The notes below the pieces were generated by a model, which worked only from the letters and a program-made list of their open reading frames with translations, was not told the origin of the DNA and did no database searches. A stretch of DNA of 62,916 nt, filler included, from Reclinomonas americana ATCC 50394 (taxonomy: Eukaryota): the NCBI GenBank assembly GCA_048213135.1. It is 17 parts of 17 records of this genome, joined end to end, with 100 filler letters (N's around TTAATTAATTAA, not from the genome) between each part and the next. Parts side by side here need not be neighbours in the genome. Positions count along the whole stretch, not along the records: positions 32,585 to 34,929 come from AFZH01022246.1; positions 35,030 to 37,806 come from AFZH01022247.1; positions 37,907 to 41,678 come from AFZH01022248.1; positions 41,779 to 53,167 come from AFZH01022249.1; 13 more parts are not named here. One strand, given 5' to 3'. This document shows positions 32,585-44,227 of the stretch, one piece after another. Position 1 is the first letter of the stretch. Each line of letters starts with the position of its first letter. The translations under genes and the position numbers were made by a program.

Positions 32585-33956
32585 CGGCGACAAGTTTCGC
32601 CAGCGCGGCCGAGGCGATGCGCGTCTTCAGGGAGTCGGCCCGGCTCGTCAGGATGATCGGCACGCGCGCGCCGAGCACGAGCCCGGCAGCATCAGCATTG
32701 GCAAAGTAGATCAACTGCTTGGCGAGCATGTTGCCGGCCTCCAGATCGGGCACGAGCAGGATGTCGGCCTGTCCGGCGACCGGAGAGACGATGCCCTTAG
32801 TCCGTGCTGCTTCCGGGCTGATCGCGTTGTCGAAGGCGAGCGGACCGTCGACCTTCGCCCCGGTGATCTGGCCCCGCGCCGCCATCACGGTAAGCGCGGC
32901 GGCATCGAGCGTCGAAGGCATCCTGTCATTGACGGTCTCGACCGCAGCAAGCACTGCGACCAACGGCTGCTCCAGCCCGAGCACATGCAGCATGTCGATT
33001 GCGTTCTGGCAGATATCGCGCTTCTGCATCAGCGTCGGCACGATATTGACTGCCGCATCCGTCACGATCAGCGGCTTGGAATAGGCCGGCAGGCTCATCG
33101 CATAGACATGGCTGATGCGACGCTCCGTCTTCAGGCCCGAGCCAGGGGCCACGACGGCGCCCAGTAGTTCATCCGTGTGCAGGCTGCCCTTCACGAGGGT
33201 CGCAACCCGCCCCGCCACGGCGAGCTCGACAGCGCGCGCGGCAGCGGCATGGCTATGTGGGGCGGGCTCGATCGCGATCCCATCGAGCGAGACGCCGGCC
33301 TTCTCCGCGGCAGCCTGGATCTTCGCCTCCGGGCCGATGAGGATCGGCTGCAACAGCCCTTCGTCACGAACCTCGATCGCTGCGAGGATTGCTTCCGGTG
33401 AGCAGGGATGGACGATCGCGGCGCTCAGGGACGGCAGGGCGCAAGCTTGCGCCACGATGCTGTCGTAGCGGTCGGAATGTTTCAGCGTGACCTCGGGCAG
33501 ACGCAGGCGCGGCCAGCTCACGCGCTGGCCGGGCGCCTTCACCGTAGCGGCCCCTGAGAGCACCGTCTCGCCCCGCTGGTTGGTACAGACCGTATCGAGC
33601 ACGACCGTTCGCTTCGAGGCCTCCTTGCTCCGGACCGTGACGGTCACCGTGATGGTATCGCCGGGGGTGACCGGCTTCAGGAAGTGCAGATCCTGCCCGA
33701 GATAGATCGTGCCCGGGCCGGGCAGCTTGGTACCGAGCACCGCCGAGACCAGCGCCGCGGTCCACATCCCATGCGCCACGACATGCCCGAACGGATCGCC
33801 AGCCGCGAAGGCCGCATCCAGATGGGCGGGATTTGCATCTCCCGAGACGGCAGCGAACAGTTCGATATCATCGATGCGGACGATACGGACCAGCGAGGCG
33901 CTTTCGCCGATGGCGACCTCGTCGAAAGTCCGGTTCGTGAGGAGTTCCTGGTCCAC
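32585..33956 (-). CDS. MaoC-like dehydratase / phosphate acetyl(butyryl)transferase fusion
   Basis: FAAVSGDANPAHLD, LPGPGTIY; KGSLHT, TDAAVN, DGPLAFDNAI, PDLEAGNMLAK. Confidence 0.92.
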
Positions 33957-34344
33957 GTCTCACCTTTGCGTCACATAGGGTGTCGGCACGCCGCAGTGCG
34001 GCTCGCAGCCGCATCCGACGCAGCTGATTTCGGGGGTACGATCTGGCCGTCGGATGGTAGCGACCGGGCCATTCCGTCCAAATCCGCCATGACGCCCCTT
34101 GCTTGTCCATGCCGCACCGAACCGTTCGTCGGTTTTGAGGCAGATATCGCCAGTGACGTTCAGCGTGGCCAAGCTCGCTGACGATGCCGACATCGTGTCC
34201 GCTGCGCATCAGCGCGAACGTCAGGTCGGCGTCAGTCAGCATGCTCGACTCATGGCTTCCGGACCAACCCGGTTCGTAATGAGGAATGCGTAGCCTCTTC
34301 CTTTGAGAGCTTCGCAACCATGCGCTTCGACACCGACGCGCGCT

Positions 34345-34358
34345 TTGAGCTTGGTCAA
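34345..34358. promoter_or_regulatory. FNR/FixK box
   Basis: TTGAG-CTTG-GTCAA between divergent genes. Confidence 0.6.
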
Positions 34359-34411
34359 AGCCGATCCCTCTTCGCCCCTGTATTTTTACGGGCGTAGATC
34401 AGGGGTGGCCC

Positions 34412-34929
34412 ATGAAGGCGACGATTCTGAACGCTGCGAACCGCGCCCGTATCGAGGAACGCTCCCCCTACCTCGTAGCTGCCTCGATCGGATGGTGCGG
34501 CCGGCGACGTGACGGCAGCGCTCGAGATGCGAGTCCCGATGGCTTCGGTGCGGCCGCTCACATCCTCGCACTGATGCAACGGGCGATCAATCGTCGCGTG
34601 GCGCAGCGAACTCGTCTTCTGCGGCGCTTCGGCGACGAAATCCTGTCTCCCTCAAGAGCAGAAGCCGGTGCCCGCCGGTTCGATGAGGTCTTCGCGGTCG
34701 ATATCGGCGTCTTCGAAATAAAGTTCACTCTCAATTTCCTGATGAATCTGACCTACTCCCTTGGCAGTCTGCTGGTACTCGGTATCGGCTGTGTGCTGGC
34801 GGTTCGGGGACAGACCGAAATCGCAACCGTCGTCACCTTCCTGTCCGCCACAACCAAGATCGTCGATCCCTGGAACGACATTGTCGACTGGGCGCGTGGC
34901 CTCGCGATGACGACCGTGAAATACGATCT
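34412..34929 (+). pseudogene. ABC transporter transmembrane-domain fragment
   Basis: MQRAINRR..KFTLNFLMN..G.TEIATVVTFLS..DPW; the N-terminal TMs are absent. Confidence 0.55.
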
Positions 34930-35029
34930 NNNNNNNNNNNNNNNNNNNNNNNNNNNNNNNNNNNNNNNNNNNNTTAATTAATTAANNNNNNNNNNNNNNN
35001 NNNNNNNNNNNNNNNNNNNNNNNNNNNNN

Positions 35030-35750
35030 TTAGACGAACCTCCTGCCCGATCCTGCCTCTCGCGGCGATTTCGGCATTTCCGCAATCGGCCAATTGGTCG
35101 ATGCCGTGACGAAGGAAGGGGACGTCAGCGAGATGCGGCTTCGCCAACGTCTGGCGCGCCTCGATCCCGCGCACGAGGTACGCCGGCTCGATGCATTCCC
35201 CGGGCTTCTCGAACAGGCCGTCGCCAGTGAAGCCCGCTGGAACGACCTCTTCATCGCAACCTGTCCGCGCGATGACGAGCATGGCCGCTGGCGGCCCTTG
35301 ATTGAGAGCGTGATGTTCGATGGCGGCAGAGGCCTCCTGCTGCTGCCGCCAAAGCTCACATCGTGCTCTCCCATCAGGACTGTCCTGGTCGGCTGGACCG
35401 ACACGCGGCAGAGCGCCCGAGCCGTCGCCGAGGCCCTGCCTCTGATCGCTCAGGCGACACAAGTCCATATCGTCACGGTCAGGGAGGAGGCCCATGGGCG
35501 GATGGGAGGTGCCGAAATCCTCGCCGACATCAGTGCCCATCTTGCCAGGCACGGCGTCGAGGCGACGGCAACCGTCCTCAGCACGGAGACGTCGCCGACC
35601 GAAGCGCTCCTCGCCGAAGCACGGAGAATTTCAGCGGACCTGATCGTTGTCGGCGCCTACGGCCATTCGCGCTTCAGGGAATGGGTGCTGGGCGGCGTGA
35701 CTGCGGATCTGCTCGACCTGTCCCCTGTCCCGCTTTTCCTCGCCCATTAG
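35030..35750 (+). CDS. Universal stress protein (5' partial)
   Basis: VLVGWTDTRQSARAV, DLIVVGAYGHSRFREWVLGGVT. Confidence 0.92.
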
Positions 35751-35841
35751 CCCGGCCAAGGCCGGTAGCGCCTGCCCGCTTCCGTTGGCGACGGCCCGCC
35801 TACATAGCCGTCATATTGCTGAGGCTCGTCGCGAAGCGGCT

Positions 35842-36974
35842 TCACGCGAAGATCACCTTTCGGAAGCGGGCGAGCGCGACAGCGAAATAGGCGACGCCGA
35901 TCGCGACGATCTTCGCGATCTCGGGCCAGACGACGTCGAGCCCGGCGCCGCGATAGAGCACGCCTTGCGAAAAGGCGACGAAATGCGGCGTCGGCGAAAA
36001 GATCCGCATGATCCATTGCAGCCAGATCGGCATGCTTTCCATCGGCGTCGTCGCGCCCGAGAGCAGCTGCGTGACGACGAAGACCGGGATGGCGAGCAGG
36101 CCGAACTGCCCCATCGTCGTCGCCAGCGTACCAAGCAGGATACCGAGCGCCGCCACCGCGAAGGCATAGATCGCCGTTCCCAGCACGAAGAGCAGGAGCG
36201 AGCCGGCGATCGGCACACCCAGCGCCCCTTCGACCACGAAGACGAGCGAGGCCACGGCCGCGATCAAGATGACCAGCGCGTTCGCGGTCATCTTGGCGAG
36301 CATGATCTCCACCGGCGTGATCGGCATCACCAGGAGATGCTCGACCGTGCCCTGCTCGCGCTCGCGGATCAGCGCCGCGCCGGTCAGGATAATGGCCAGC
36401 AAGGTGACGTTGTTCAGCACTTGCATCACCGAGCTGAACCAACCGGAATCGAGATTGGGATTGAAGCGCGCCCGAACCACCAGGTTGATCGGCAGAGAGG
36501 TCGTCGTCTCTCGCCCGGCCTGCCGGTTGGCGATCTCCTGCGCGATGATCTGCTGGATATAGACCGCGCCGTTGCCGGCCTGGGTCATCGCGGTGGCGTC
36601 GATATTGAGCTGCACGGCCGTCTGCCGCCCGGCCAGCAGGTCCGCCTGGAACCGGGCGGGATTTCCAGCACGAAGACGAGACGGCCGGAATTCATCTCGG
36701 CGTCGATCTCATTGGCAGCGATGCGTTTCGAGACCTTGAACAGCGGCGGGCCGAAAGCGCCGAGCAGGCTGCGCGAGAACTCGGACTGGTCCTCGTCGAC
36801 GATCCCGATGGTAAGGTCGCGCGCCTCCAGTTTCACACCCGTTGCAACCGTGTAGACGGCAACGGTGAAGGTATAGGCCACCAATACCAGCATGATCGGA
36901 TCGGCCCTGAGGCTGCGCAGCTCCTTCACCACCAGGCGCAGGATGTTCTGGAGATGGATCAAGAGCACGGCCAT
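35842..36974 (-). CDS. ABC-2 permease YhhJ-like, frameshifted at about 36655
   Basis: KELRSL..D, REREQGTVEHLLVMP, LLSGATTPMESMP; one extra C restores LEIPPRFQADLLAG. Confidence 0.85.
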
Positions 36975-36975
36975 C

Positions 36976-37806
36976 TCAGGCTTCCTGCTTGCGAAGCGCC
37001 AGCTGCGCGACAACGAGGAAAAGCAGAAAGAAGCCGCCAAGCGCCAGCAGATTGGGCCAGAGCTCGGCCGCGCCCAGCCCCTTGGTGAAGACGCCGACGC
37101 TGACCGGCTGGTACCAGGCCGGCGGCAGGCTCATGCCGATCATGCGGCCGCCTCCCGAGAGCGAGGCGACCGGCACCATCAGGCCGGAGAAATTCACCGC
37201 CGGTATGATCGACAGGATGGCGGTGGCGAAGACGGCCGCGACCTGCGTGCGCGTGAAGCTGGAGATGAGCTGGCCGAAACCGGTCGTCGCCGAGACATAG
37301 AGCAGGGTCGCCAGTCCCAGAACCCAGGCCGAACCCTTGATCGGCACCGCGAAGACGATCAGCGCGATCAGGACCAGCATCACGAAGCTGCCCATCGCGA
37401 TCGCGATATAAGGCAATTGCTTGCCGAACAGGAACTCGAAGCGGCTGATCGGCGTCGAGCGGAAATTGGCGATCGAGCCGGTTTCCTTCTCGCGGACCAC
37501 GCCGATCGCCGACATGATCGCCGGGATCAGGATCAGCATCAGCATGATCACGCTCGGCACCATCGCATTGGCGCTCTTGAAGGCCTGATTGTAGCGGAAG
37601 CGGGTCTCGATCATGACGGGTGTCGGCGCATGGCTCGACGCGGCCTGGGAGGCCGCGAAGCTCTGCACATATTGCGTCGCCAGCCCCGTGACATAGCCGC
37701 GCGTCGTCTCGGCCCGGAACGGCATGGCGCCGTCGAGCCAGACCGAGAGTTCCGGCGTGCGGGTCGCCATCAGATCGCGACCGAAGGAGGGCGGGATCTC
37801 GATGAC
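36976..37806 (-). CDS. rbbA: RbbA-like ABC ATPase/permease fusion, C-terminal part
   Basis: LDGAMPFRAET, ETRFRYN, VREKETGSIANF, GKQLPY. Confidence 0.88.
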   Translation of the reverse strand, partial: VIEIPPSFGRDLMATRTPELSVWLDGAMPFRAETTRGYVTGLATQYVQSFAASQAASSHAPTPVMIETRFRYNQAFKSANAMVPSVIMLMLILIPAIMSAIGVVREKETGSIANFRSTPISRFEFLFGKQLPYIAIAMGSFVMLVLIALIVFAVPIKGSAWVLGLATLLYVSATTGFGQLISSFTRTQVAAVFATAILSIIPAVNFSGLMVPVASLSGGGRMIGMSLPPAWYQPVSVGVFTKGLGAAELWPNLLALGGFFLLFLVVAQLALRKQEA

Positions 37807-37906
37807 NNNNNNNNNNNNNNNNNNNNNNNNNNNNNNNNNNNNNNNNNNNNTTAATTAATTAANNNNNNNNNNNNNNNNNNNNNNNNNNNNNNNNNNNNNN
37901 NNNNNN

Positions 37907-38263
37907 GCGCTGGGCGATCAGCGCCTCGGCCTCCGCAAGCGCCTGCCGCGCGCGCAGCACCTGAGCCTGCGCGGCACGCAATTGCGCCTCGTATTCCGGC
38001 GAGGAAATGCGTGCGATCACCTGCCCGGCCGTGACCTCGTCGCCTTCCTTGACCGTGACCTCGGCCAGGCGGCCGGCATATTTCGAGGCGACGTCAATCT
38101 GCGTCGCTTCGATACGGCCATTGGTCTTGACGATGCCGTCGGGCATCGTGTCGCCGCGCAGCCGCTCGATCAGTGCCTTGATGCGGGATTGCGCCTGCGC
38201 CCCTGGCGCCGACAGGATGAGCGCAGCGAGAAGGGCTGTCGCTGCAGCGCGAAAGGGGCGCAT
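37907..38263 (-). CDS. HlyD-family adaptor (YhiI-like), N-terminal part
   Basis: NGRIEATQIDVASKYAGR..VKEGD. Confidence 0.88.
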
Positions 38264-38563
38264 CTTGGATCTCCAAAAGAAGCAGGCATATGCGTTCAAG
38301 AGACTATTATCTTAGCATGCGACAAGCAGCCGGCCAGGCTGAGCAACCGCATCGGCGAATGCGTACGGCGGCGCCATGCGACCTTCGGCCGGCCTGTTGC
38401 ACCTGATCACAGGGCAACAAGCCATGGCGCCAAAGTTCTCCGCGATCGCCGGCTGGCCGGTGCTGGGCAGGACAACGAAGAATGTCGATCGGGGATGACA
38501 AGCCGGCTTGAGCCCGAGCTCTTCATGCTCACGCCCGCCAGCCTGCCACGCCTAACCCGGCAC

Positions 38564-39082
38564 TTACCCGAGTCTCTTCCTGAGCACGACGAGGCGAACA
38601 TCATCGGGACACTCGTCGACCTCGAATCCCTGCTCGCGCTCGATCTCGATCGCTTCGTGATTTTGACGATCTTCCAGGGATTCGACGACTTTTACGCCCT
38701 TGGTCTCGGCGAAATTGCAGATGTGCCTGAGCAATTCCCAGCCGACGCCCTTGTGCTTGTATTCGCTCCGGATCGAGATCGCGACCTCCCCTCTCTCCAA
38801 GGCAGCGTCACAGGCCAACATGCCGGTGGCGACGATCGTCTTTCCGTCCTCGGTAAAGGCGATGAAGCTCTCGGTCTGTCGATGATCGATTTTCGTCATG
38901 GCTGCCAGACGATCGTGCCCCACCTCCCTGACGGTGGTCAGAAAGCGGAAGCGCAGATCCTCAGGCGTCACATGCGTGAAGAACTCGGCCAGTCCCGCCT
39001 CATCGTCGGGTTCGGCAGGCCGGACATGAAACGTGAAGCCCGTTCGGGTGCTCAAATCCCGGCTCAGATCGTCGGTGATCAT
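38564..39082 (-). CDS. GNAT acetyltransferase (Pat GNAT-domain-like)
   Basis: VRPAEPDD, DLRFRF, KGVGWELL. Confidence 0.85.
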   Translation of the reverse strand: MITDDLSRDLSTRTGFTFHVRPAEPDDEAGLAEFFTHVTPEDLRFRFLTTVREVGHDRLAAMTKIDHRQTESFIAFTEDGKTIVATGMLACDAALERGEVAISIRSEYKHKGVGWELLRHICNFAETKGVKVVESLEDRQNHEAIEIEREQGFEVDECPDDVRLVVLRKRLG

Positions 39083-39334
39083 GCGGCTTTCTCCAGTCAC
39101 TGCGCCCCTGCGCAGGCTCCATTCCTGTTCCGACGCCCTCCGGACATTGCGGCCTCACTGCGCGATGCCTGGCGTTCCAAGGGCGTCGAGCCGGGGCGTC
39201 CGGCATTTGGGCTGGCTGATAACCCGTCTCATGCCTTCTGCGAGGGCGGCCACGAACAGATCGACGTCATGATGATGTTCGATCATCCCCGTTCCGGTAC
39301 GGCTATTCCGTACTCGCGGAATGTCTGAGCCGCT

Positions 39335-39348
39335 TTGCGGCAAATCAA
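39335..39348. promoter_or_regulatory. FNR/FixK box
   Basis: TTGCG-GCAA-ATCAA. Confidence 0.65.
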
Positions 39349-39835
39349 AGCGCGCAACGACAGCGCACTACAATTGCCTCGTGTGACGTCCTGAAGGGAA
39401 TTCTCGTTCTCCCTGAAGGCATTCTCATCGGCAGCGCATGAAAGAACGAGGTTCCCATGCTGCATCTTTCGGACCAAGCGCGGCATGATCGAAGTAGCAT
39501 CGCGGCATGAGCTTGCCGCCAATGTGCTCCTCTGTGTCGCCGCAGTTCATGCTCTGGCGGCACTGCATCATCGGCTGGCGCGAGGGGACGGCCTGCTCAA
39601 GCGCATCCGGTTCGCCACGCGGAAAGCGCCTCAGCGATGGGAGTAAGACGCCCCGTCTCCGGTGTCGGTCGAGCCGGACTTGAATGGTGCCGGCACAGCA
39701 TCTGCCCGTCCCCGCGAGCACGTCTCGAAGAGCGTGATGTGTTCGCGCCGATAGCTGTCCTGGCGCGCTGTCGCGGGATGTTAGACCCGTCGACCATATT
39801 GTTTTTGTCGATCGCAGGCGTGTTTTCTCGCGGTT

Positions 39836-39849
39836 TTGCGTTGAATCAA
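39836..39849. promoter_or_regulatory. FNR/FixK box
   Basis: TTGCG-TTGA-ATCAA, 60 nt before the ADH ATG. Confidence 0.7.
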
Positions 39850-39908
39850 ATCCAACCGGACCAGTTCACGGCAGGCTGATTTCATCTCGGCGCTTCCGGA
39901 GAGCGATC

Positions 39909-41042
39909 ATGTCCCCTGCCCTTCAATCAGATCTGCTGCCCACGACGCAGACGAGGCAAAAGCGTCAATCCAAGATGATGTGCGCGGCCGTTTTCGTCGA
40001 GCCCGGCCGCATCGAGCTCGAGGACAAGCCGGTGCCTGAGCCCGGCCCGCTCGATGCGTTGCTGCGCATCACGACCACGACGATCTGTGGCACCGATATC
40101 CATATCCTCAAGGGCGAGTATCCGGTGGCTCGCGGGCTGACGATCGGTCACGAGCCGGTCGGCGTGATCGAGAAGCTCGGGTCGGAGGTGAAGGGCTTCC
40201 GGGAGGGCCAGCGGGTGATCGCCGGCGCGATTACGCCATCGGGACACAGCGCCGCCTGCCTTTGCGGCTGCCTCTCACAGGACGGTCCCGGCGAGCGCCA
40301 TGGCTTCAAGGCCATGGGCGGCTGGCGCTTCGGCAACACCATCGACGGCGCGCAGGCCGAATACCTGCTCGTGCCTGACGCGATGGCCAATCTCGCGCAT
40401 GTCCCTTCCGGCTTGACCGACGAACAGGTTCTGATGTGTCCCGACATCATGTCGACCGGCTTCTCCGGCGCCGAGAGCGGTGGAGTGAAGATCGGCGATT
40501 GCGTCGCCGTCTTCGCGCAGGGACCGATTGGCTTGTGCGCCACGGCAGGCGCCCTGCTGATGGGAGCAACTCGCATCATCGCCGTGGAAAGCATTCCGGA
40601 ACGCCAGCAGATAGCGCGCCGGCTCGGGGCGGACGAGATCGTCGATTTCAGCAAGGGCGATCCGGTCGCCGAGATCATGCGGCTGACTGATGGACGCGGC
40701 GTTGATGTCGCGATCGAGGCGCTCGGCAAGCAGGAGACATTCGCGGCAGCACTCGCAGTTCTACGTCCCGGGGGAACACTGTCCTCGCTCGGCGTCTATT
40801 CAGGTGACCTGACGATTCCGCTCGGTGCCTTCGCAGCGGGTCTCGGCGACCATCGCATCGTCACCACGCTATGCCCTGGCGGGAAGGAACGGATGCGCCG
40901 CCTGATCGACGTCGTCGACGCTGGGCGTATCGATCTGTGCGCGCTGGTCACGCATCGCTTCCCGCTGGAACGCATCAAGGAGGCGTATGAGCTCTTCGGC
41001 TCGCAGCGCGACGGCGTCCTCAAGGTCGCGATCACGCCCTAG
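39909..41042 (+). CDS. Zn-dependent NAD(P) alcohol dehydrogenase
   Basis: ICGTD.H, GHEPVG, GAQAEY, CPDIMSTG, QGPIGL. Confidence 0.93.
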   Translation: MSPALQSDLLPTTQTRQKRQSKMMCAAVFVEPGRIELEDKPVPEPGPLDALLRITTTTICGTDIHILKGEYPVARGLTIGHEPVGVIEKLGSEVKGFREGQRVIAGAITPSGHSAACLCGCLSQDGPGERHGFKAMGGWRFGNTIDGAQAEYLLVPDAMANLAHVPSGLTDEQVLMCPDIMSTGFSGAESGGVKIGDCVAVFAQGPIGLCATAGALLMGATRIIAVESIPERQQIARRLGADEIVDFSKGDPVAEIMRLTDGRGVDVAIEALGKQETFAAALAVLRPGGTLSSLGVYSGDLTIPLGAFAAGLGDHRIVTTLCPGGKERMRRLIDVVDAGRIDLCALVTHRFPLERIKEAYELFGSQRDGVLKVAITP

Positions 41043-41322
41043 CCGGCCGGGGAGAGCAGGTAATCCCGGCCGCTCGTCGCGGCGAAAATTCCGCAGCAGC
41101 AATCGCAGCCGAAGTTTTTTTGCCAGATTGAATGAAAGCCGCGACGCTCTGTTAAAGCGCCGCATGTCGACCGGTGGCTGCGGCGCAGCTCCGCGGCAAA
41201 TTTCGATCGTTTCCAACTCACGGAACACGTGCTGTATTGATCCGGCGGCATGATCCGGGCGGGCGTGATTCCGGTCGAGGTCATGGCTTAGCGTCAAGCC
41301 TCGGTCTCTTTTTGGAGCCCGG

Positions 41323-43074
41323 ATGCAGAGATCAACGGAAGCACACGAGATGCTGGCCGAGACGGTTCCGGCTGACATCCCATCCTCGGACACGGTCGAG
41401 CGGTTCGTTCTTCTGGTGCTCGACGCCAGCGGACGGATTTGCAGCGTCAGCGCAGGCTGCGAGCAGGTGATCGGATGGAGCGCTGGCGAGCTCTGCGGGC
41501 AGTCACATCATCTGTTGTATGGCGAACAGGATCAGGGGACGGGACGCCCAGCGTCCGACCTGCGCGCTGCCGAGCTGAAGGAACTCAGGCTCGAGGCGCC
41601 GCGCCGGACCAAGAGCGGCACCGAATTCGAGCTGATCATCAGTCTCGGCTCTCGCACGGGGATCGGAAAACGACTCCGNNNNNNNNNNNNNNNNNNNNNN
41701 NNNNNNNNNNNNNNNNNNNNNNTTAATTAATTAANNNNNNNNNNNNNNNNNNNNNNNNNNNNNNNNNNNNNNNNNNNNGGGTAACCTAACGGACGGTCCG
41801 TACGGGACGGGCCCGGCCCGCCGGCCCGAACCGAAGACGGCGCCGACGTACTAGAGCGCGCAGCCGTCGCGCTGGCGGGGGATCGGAAACAGATCCTCGG
41901 CTTCGGAGTGGTGCTCCGCGACGCAAGCCAGCAGCGCAGCGCCGAAGGAGTCCTGCGCGCCAACGAAGCGCATTTGCGTTCGATCCTCGATACGGTGCCT
42001 GACGCGATGATCGTCATCGACGAACGGGGCCGCGTTCAATCGTTCAGTGCCGCGGCGGTTCGGCAATTCGGCTACGAGCCGGAGGAGGTCATCGGCCAGA
42101 ACGTTAAGATGCTGATGCCGGACCCGTACCGCTCGCAGCATGACGGCTATATCGGGCGCTACCTCACGACTGGCGAGAAGCGGATCATCGGAATCGGCCG
42201 TGTCGTCGTCGGTCAGCGCAAGGATGGCTCGACCTTCCCGATGGAGCTCTCGGTCGGCGAGATGCGCTCGGGCGGCCAACGCTATTTCACCGGCTTCATC
42301 CGCGACCTGACGGAACGCCAGCAGACGGAAACCCGCCTGCAGGAGCTTCAATCCGAGCTCGTGCACATGTCCCGCTTCACTGCCCTCGGCGACATGGCTT
42401 CGACGCTCGCTCATGAATTGAACCAGCCGCTGACGGCGATCACGAACTACCTCAAAGGCTGCCACCGCATCCTGCAGAGGTTCGAAGGCGACGAGTTCCA
42501 GCTGCTGCGCGATGGAGTCAACCAGGCGGCCGAGCAGGCCTTGCGGGCCGGCCAGGTGATCCGGCACCTGCGCGAGTTCGTCGCGCGCGGCGAGAGCGAG
42601 AGGCATGTCGAAGCGCTGCCGAAGCTCATCGAGGAAGCGAGCGCACTGGCGCTCGTCGGCGCCAAGGAAAAGGGTGTGCGCATAACCTTCGCGCTCGATC
42701 CTGCGGCCGCTTACGTTTTGGCAGACCGGATCCAGGTCCAGCAGGTCCTGTTGAACCTGATCCGCAACGCCCTCGAAGCCATGTCCGGCTCGCAACGGCG
42801 CGAACTTTCGATCGCGACCCGGGCTGCCGGCGACGAGTTGATCGAGATCAGCATCGCAGACACGGGCGCCGGCATCAGCCCAGCCGTCGCCGAGCAGTTG
42901 TTCCAACCGTTCATGACGACCAAGAAGCAGGGCATGGGCGTCGGCTTGTCCATCTGCCGAACCATCGTCGAAGCGCATGGCGGGAAGATCTGGGCCGATA
43001 GTCGTTCTGGCGAAGGGACCACCTTCAGCTTTACGTTGCGCGCGGTCGATCCCGGAGAGTTCCAAAATGGCTGA
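41323..43074 (+). CDS. fixL: Oxygen-sensing heme-PAS histidine kinase with N-terminal PAS, split by a gap
   Basis: [74 protein letters not shown] fragment lies at 41323-41678. Confidence 0.93.
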
Positions 43075-43690
43075 AGAGCCGGTCGTTCATATCGTTGATG
43101 ACGACGCGGCAGTGCGACAGTCACTGTCGTTCCTCCTTGCCTCGGATGGCCTGCCGGTCAGGCTGCACGAGTCGGCGGTCGCATTCCTCGACAAGGTCGG
43201 CGCCGGTGGTAGGGGCTGTGTGGTGACCGACGTCCGGATGCCCGAGATCGATGGCATCGAATTCCTGCGCCGTCTCAGGCAGAACGGCTACGCCATGCCG
43301 GTCATTGTGATGACCGGCCATGCCGACGTGCCCCTGGCCGTCGAGGCGATGAAGGAGGGAGCGCTCGATTTCGTCGAGAAGCCCTTCGACGACGAGACGA
43401 TCCTCGGCGCGGTCCGCTCGGCATTGAGCCGCCATCGTGAGCGTTTCCGCATCGACAACGAGACGCAGGAGATCAGGCAGCGCCTTCAATCATTGTCCGA
43501 ACGCGAACGTCAGGTGCTGGATGGGCTGGTCGCAGGCAAGGCAAACAAGGTGATCGCCTTCGACCTCGACATCAGTCCTCGGACAGTCGAGATCTACCGC
43601 GCCAATGCCATGACGAAAATGCAGGCGCGTAGCCTGTCCGAGCTCGTCCGCTTCGTGCTTCTTGCCGGGGCCAAGGAAGACAAGCCCTAA
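43067..43690 (+). CDS. fixJ: Response regulator FixJ
   Basis: VDDD, TDVRMP, MTGHADV, EKPF, Lux[21 protein letters not shown]. Confidence 0.95.
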   Translation: MAEEPVVHIVDDDAAVRQSLSFLLASDGLPVRLHESAVAFLDKVGAGGRGCVVTDVRMPEIDGIEFLRRLRQNGYAMPVIVMTGHADVPLAVEAMKEGALDFVEKPFDDETILGAVRSALSRHRERFRIDNETQEIRQRLQSLSERERQVLDGLVAGKANKVIAFDLDISPRTVEIYRANAMTKMQARSLSELVRFVLLAGAKEDKP

Positions 43691-43700
43691 GGGATTTCCC
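43687..43700 (+). promoter_or_regulatory. Candidate FixJ binding site
   Basis: CTAAGGGATTTCCC; an inverted copy lies at 44148-44161. Confidence 0.55.
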
Positions 43701-43740
43701 GGAATTTCCGAAGAGCCTGGCGAGCGCGATAACGGCTCGC

Positions 43741-44151
43741 ATGTCTGTCGAGAACCTTCCGACGTTGGAAGCCACCGGGCCGGTGATCATCGTCGACGAT
43801 GATCCCGCCGTCCTGCGTTCGCTGAAGTTCGCCCTCGAGATCGAGGGGCTCGACGTCCGCATCTATGGCGATGCGCAAAGCCTTCTTTTCGACGACGATC
43901 TTCCTGCCCGTGGCTGCCTCCTCATCGATTATGCGATGGCCGGGATGGATGGCTTCGAGCTGGTCGAGCGGCTGAGGCGTCGCAACGTTTGGCTTCCGGC
44001 AATCCTCATGACCGGTCTTCTCAGCCGGGAGGTGCGAGAGCGCGCGAGACGGGCGGGCTTCTGCAAAGTGCTCGAGAAACCCCTGCATGACGGCGCGCTG
44101 CTCGACGGAATCCGAAGCGCCCTGACGCGATCGCAAGAACGGCCTCAGTAA
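43741..44151 (+). CDS. Single-domain receiver (FixT-like)
   Basis: VDDD, IDYAM, MTG, EKP; lies between fixJ and fixK. Confidence 0.85.
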   Translation: MSVENLPTLEATGPVIIVDDDPAVLRSLKFALEIEGLDVRIYGDAQSLLFDDDLPARGCLLIDYAMAGMDGFELVERLRRRNVWLPAILMTGLLSREVRERARRAGFCKVLEKPLHDGALLDGIRSALTRSQERPQ

Positions 44152-44227
44152 AATCCCTTAGGAGTGTATCGGATTTTGGCCGGGTTCCGCGGGAGGTAGA
44201 ACGTCATCACAGATTGCAAGCGGAGAC

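Noticed and set aside
33960..34320. Possible small gene between the FixK box and the pta fusion
   Set aside because: Several short frames are open and none is supported by a motif.
37982..39328. 448-aa plus-strand ORF
   Set aside because: Antisense to the HlyD and GNAT genes; no domain recognised.
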